From Camelus dromedarius (taxonomy: Eukaryota), in the NCBI RefSeq assembly GCF_036321535.1, contig NC_087437.1, forward strand, positions 117,926,001 through 117,990,000: 64,000 nucleotides of DNA, written 5' to 3'. The position numbers were made by a program, and so were the translations under genes. Below, piece after piece: positions 61,671 to 64,000 of this stretch. Position 1 is the first letter of the stretch. The number at the start of each line of letters is the position of its first letter. The notes below the pieces were generated by a model. That model was given only the letters and a program-made list of their open reading frames with translations. It was not told the DNA's origin and did no database searches.

Positions 61671-64000
61671 ATGGCAATAAACACACATCTATCATAAATT
61701 ACTGTAAATGTTAATGGATTAAATGCTCCAGTCAAAAGACATAGAGTGGCAGACTGGATAATAAAGCAAGAACCTTCAATAGGCTGCATACAAGAGACCA
61801 ACTTTAGGGAGAAGGACACATAATAGATTGAGAGTGAAAGGATGGAAAAGGATATTCCATGCAAATGGAAAAGCCAGAAAAGCAGGTGTTGCAGTACTGA
61901 TTTCAGACAAAATAGACTTTATAACAAAGGCCATAAAGAAAGACAAAGAAGGACATTTTATAATGATTAAAGGAGTGATACAAGATGAGGATATTACACT
62001 CGTTAATATATATGCACCCAATATAGGAGCACCTAAGTACATAAAACAATTACTAACAGAGATAAAGGGGGATATTGATAGGAATACAATCATAGTTGGA
62101 GATTTTAACACCACATTAACATCACTAGACAGATCTTCCAGACACAAAATAAATAAGGCAACAGAGAAATTAAATAATACAATAGAAAAATTAGATTTGG
62201 TGGATATTTTCAGAGCATTACACCCCCCAAAAATAGGATACACATTCTTTTCAAGTGCACATGGAACATTTTCCAGGATTGATCATGTACTTGGGCACAA
62301 AAGAAACCTCAGCAATTTTAAGAAGATAGAAATTATCTCAAGTATCTTTACTGACCACAATGAAATGAAACTAGAAATGAACAACAGAGAAACAAAGGAG
62401 AACAAAGGAAGGCATGGATATTAAACAATATGTTATTATAAAACCAATAGGTCAATGAGGAAGTCAAAGCTGAAATTAAAAAATACCTTGAGACAAATGA
62501 AAATGAAAGCACAACCACACAAAATTTATGGGACACAGCAAAGGCAGTGCTAAGAGGGAAGTTTATAGCGATACAGGCCTTCCTCAAAAAAGAAGAACAA
62601 TCTCAAATAAACAATTTAACCCACCAGCTGAATGAACTAGAAAAAGAAGAACAAAAATCCCCAAAAGGCAGCAGAAGGAAGGAAATTATAAAGATTAGGG
62701 AGGAAATAAATATAATACAGGTTAAAAAGACCATAGAAAAAATCAACCAAACCAAAAGCTGGTTTTTTGAAAAAGTAAACAAAATCGACAAACCTCTGGC
62801 CAAACTCACAGGAAGAAAAAAGAGAGAGCACAAATTAGTAAAATAAGAAGGGAGAATGGAGAAATTACAACAAATAAAATAGAAATACAGAATATCATAT
62901 GAGAATATTATGAAAAACTATATGGAACCGAACTGGATAATCTAGAGGAGATGGACATGTTTCTGGAAACATACTATCTACCAAGACTGAATCAAGAAGA
63001 AACTGAACACTTGAACAAACCGAACACTAGAAATGTAATCGAATTAGCAATAAAAAACCTCCCTACAAATAAAAGTCCAGGATCGGATAGCTTCACCGGG
63101 GAATTCTACCAAGCATTCAAAGAAGAATTCACACCAGTCCTTCTCAGACTCTTCCAGAAGATTGAAAAGGAGGGAATACTCCCAAACTCATTCTGTTAAG
63201 CCACCATCACCCTGATACCAAAAACACTACTTTACCAGGCAAAGACACTACCAAAAATGAGAATTATAGGCCAATATCACTGATGAACATAGATACCAAA
63301 ATCCTCACCAAAATATTAGCAAATAGAATCCAACAACACATAAAAAAGATTATACATCATGACAAAGTGGGGTTCATTCCAGGGACACAAGGGTGGTTCA
63401 ACAAATGCAAATCAATCAATGTAATACATCACATCAACAAGACAAAGGACAAAAACCACATGATCATCTCAATCGATGCAGAAAAAGCATTTGATAAAAT
63501 TCAACACCCATTTATGATCAAAACTCTCACCAAAGTGGGTATAGAGGGAACATGTCTCAACATAATAAAAGCTATATATGACAAACCTACAGCCAGCATA
63601 GTACTCAATGGTGAAAAACTCAAAAGCTTCCCACTAAAAGCTGGGACAAGACAAGGCTGCCCACTATCACCACTCCTATTCAAGATAGTCTTGGAAGTCC
63701 TAGCCACAGCAATCAGACAAGAGAGAGAAATAAAAGGGATCCAAATTGGAAAAGAAGAGGTAAAAGTGTCACTATATGCCAACGACATGTTGCTATATAT
63801 AGAAAACCCTAAAAGGTCCACAAAAAAACTACCAGAGCTGATCAAAGAATTCAGCAAGGTAGCAGGTTACAAGATTAATGTTCAAAAATCAGTGGCATTT
63901 CTTTACATTAATGATGAATCAACAGAAAAACAAAGTAAAGAAACAATCTCCTTTAAAATAGCACCCAAAGTAATAAAATACCTAGGAATAAATCTCACCA
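61671..64000 (+). pseudogene. L1 ORF2p (APE-like endonuclease + reverse transcriptase), multiply disrupted, truncated by window end
   Basis: MAINTHLS*ITVNVNGLNAPVKRHRV...[59 protein letters not shown] (63772-63789). Several stops (e.g. 61695, 62448, 63197) and frameshifts. Confidence 0.96.

Larger units (their letters stand above)
58777..64000 (+). mobile_element. LINE-1, 5'-complete (5' UTR, ORF1, spacer, ORF2), continuing beyond the window; disabled copy of a relatively recent artiodactyl/camelid lineage
   Basis: Starts GGGCCAAGATGGCGGAGTAG (typical L1 5' end) after the A-rich target-like sequence t/aaaagacaaacagctt. Followed by a CpG-rich UTR and recognisable ORF1p and ORF2p (endonuclease, RT) translations. 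Confidence 0.97.

Noticed and set aside
60463..63857. Minus-strand ORFs within the L1
   Set aside because: Antisense shadows of the A-rich L1 ORF1 and ORF2.
1..64000. CRISPR array, operon or prokaryotic defence system
   Set aside because: The sequence is mammalian; there is no regularly spaced repeat-spacer array and no dense gene cluster.

Overview
Mammalian, repeat-rich, largely non-coding DNA. It is very probably from a camelid (camel, llama or alpaca), inferred from two tRNA-derived Vic-1-type SINEs and the artiodactyl-type L1 3' UTRs. I recognise no intact cellular protein-coding gene, rRNA, genuine tRNA or CRISPR array, and nearly all ORF-track entries look like chance ORFs or TE remnants. 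The dominant feature is a 5'-complete, disabled LINE-1 on the + strand from ~58777 past the window end. It has a CpG-rich 5' UTR, a frameshifted ORF1, a ~400-bp inter-ORF spacer and a broken ORF2 whose RT motif reads YAND instead of YADD. The rest is a mosaic of L1 3' fragments, MaLR (MLT1) LTRs, an ERV1-like solo LTR, hAT-Charlie and Tigger DNA transposons, MIR, L2 and CR1. Several minus-strand segments with good splice sites suggest the window lies inside a minus-strand transcription unit that I cannot identify. The most interesting observations are: (1) a 60-nt hairpin at 40321-40380 whose six non-Watson-Crick pairs are all G-U on the + strand; (2) a twin-primed, 5'-inverted L1 insertion that appears to be a chimera of a young and an ancient L1 3' end; (3) apparent 3' transductions on a SINE and on an L1; (4) a TSD-less head-to-head SINE/L1 junction. 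I found no convincing new biological system. TE subfamily names come from memory of consensus sequences, boundaries are approximate, and both need RepeatMasker/Dfam confirmation.
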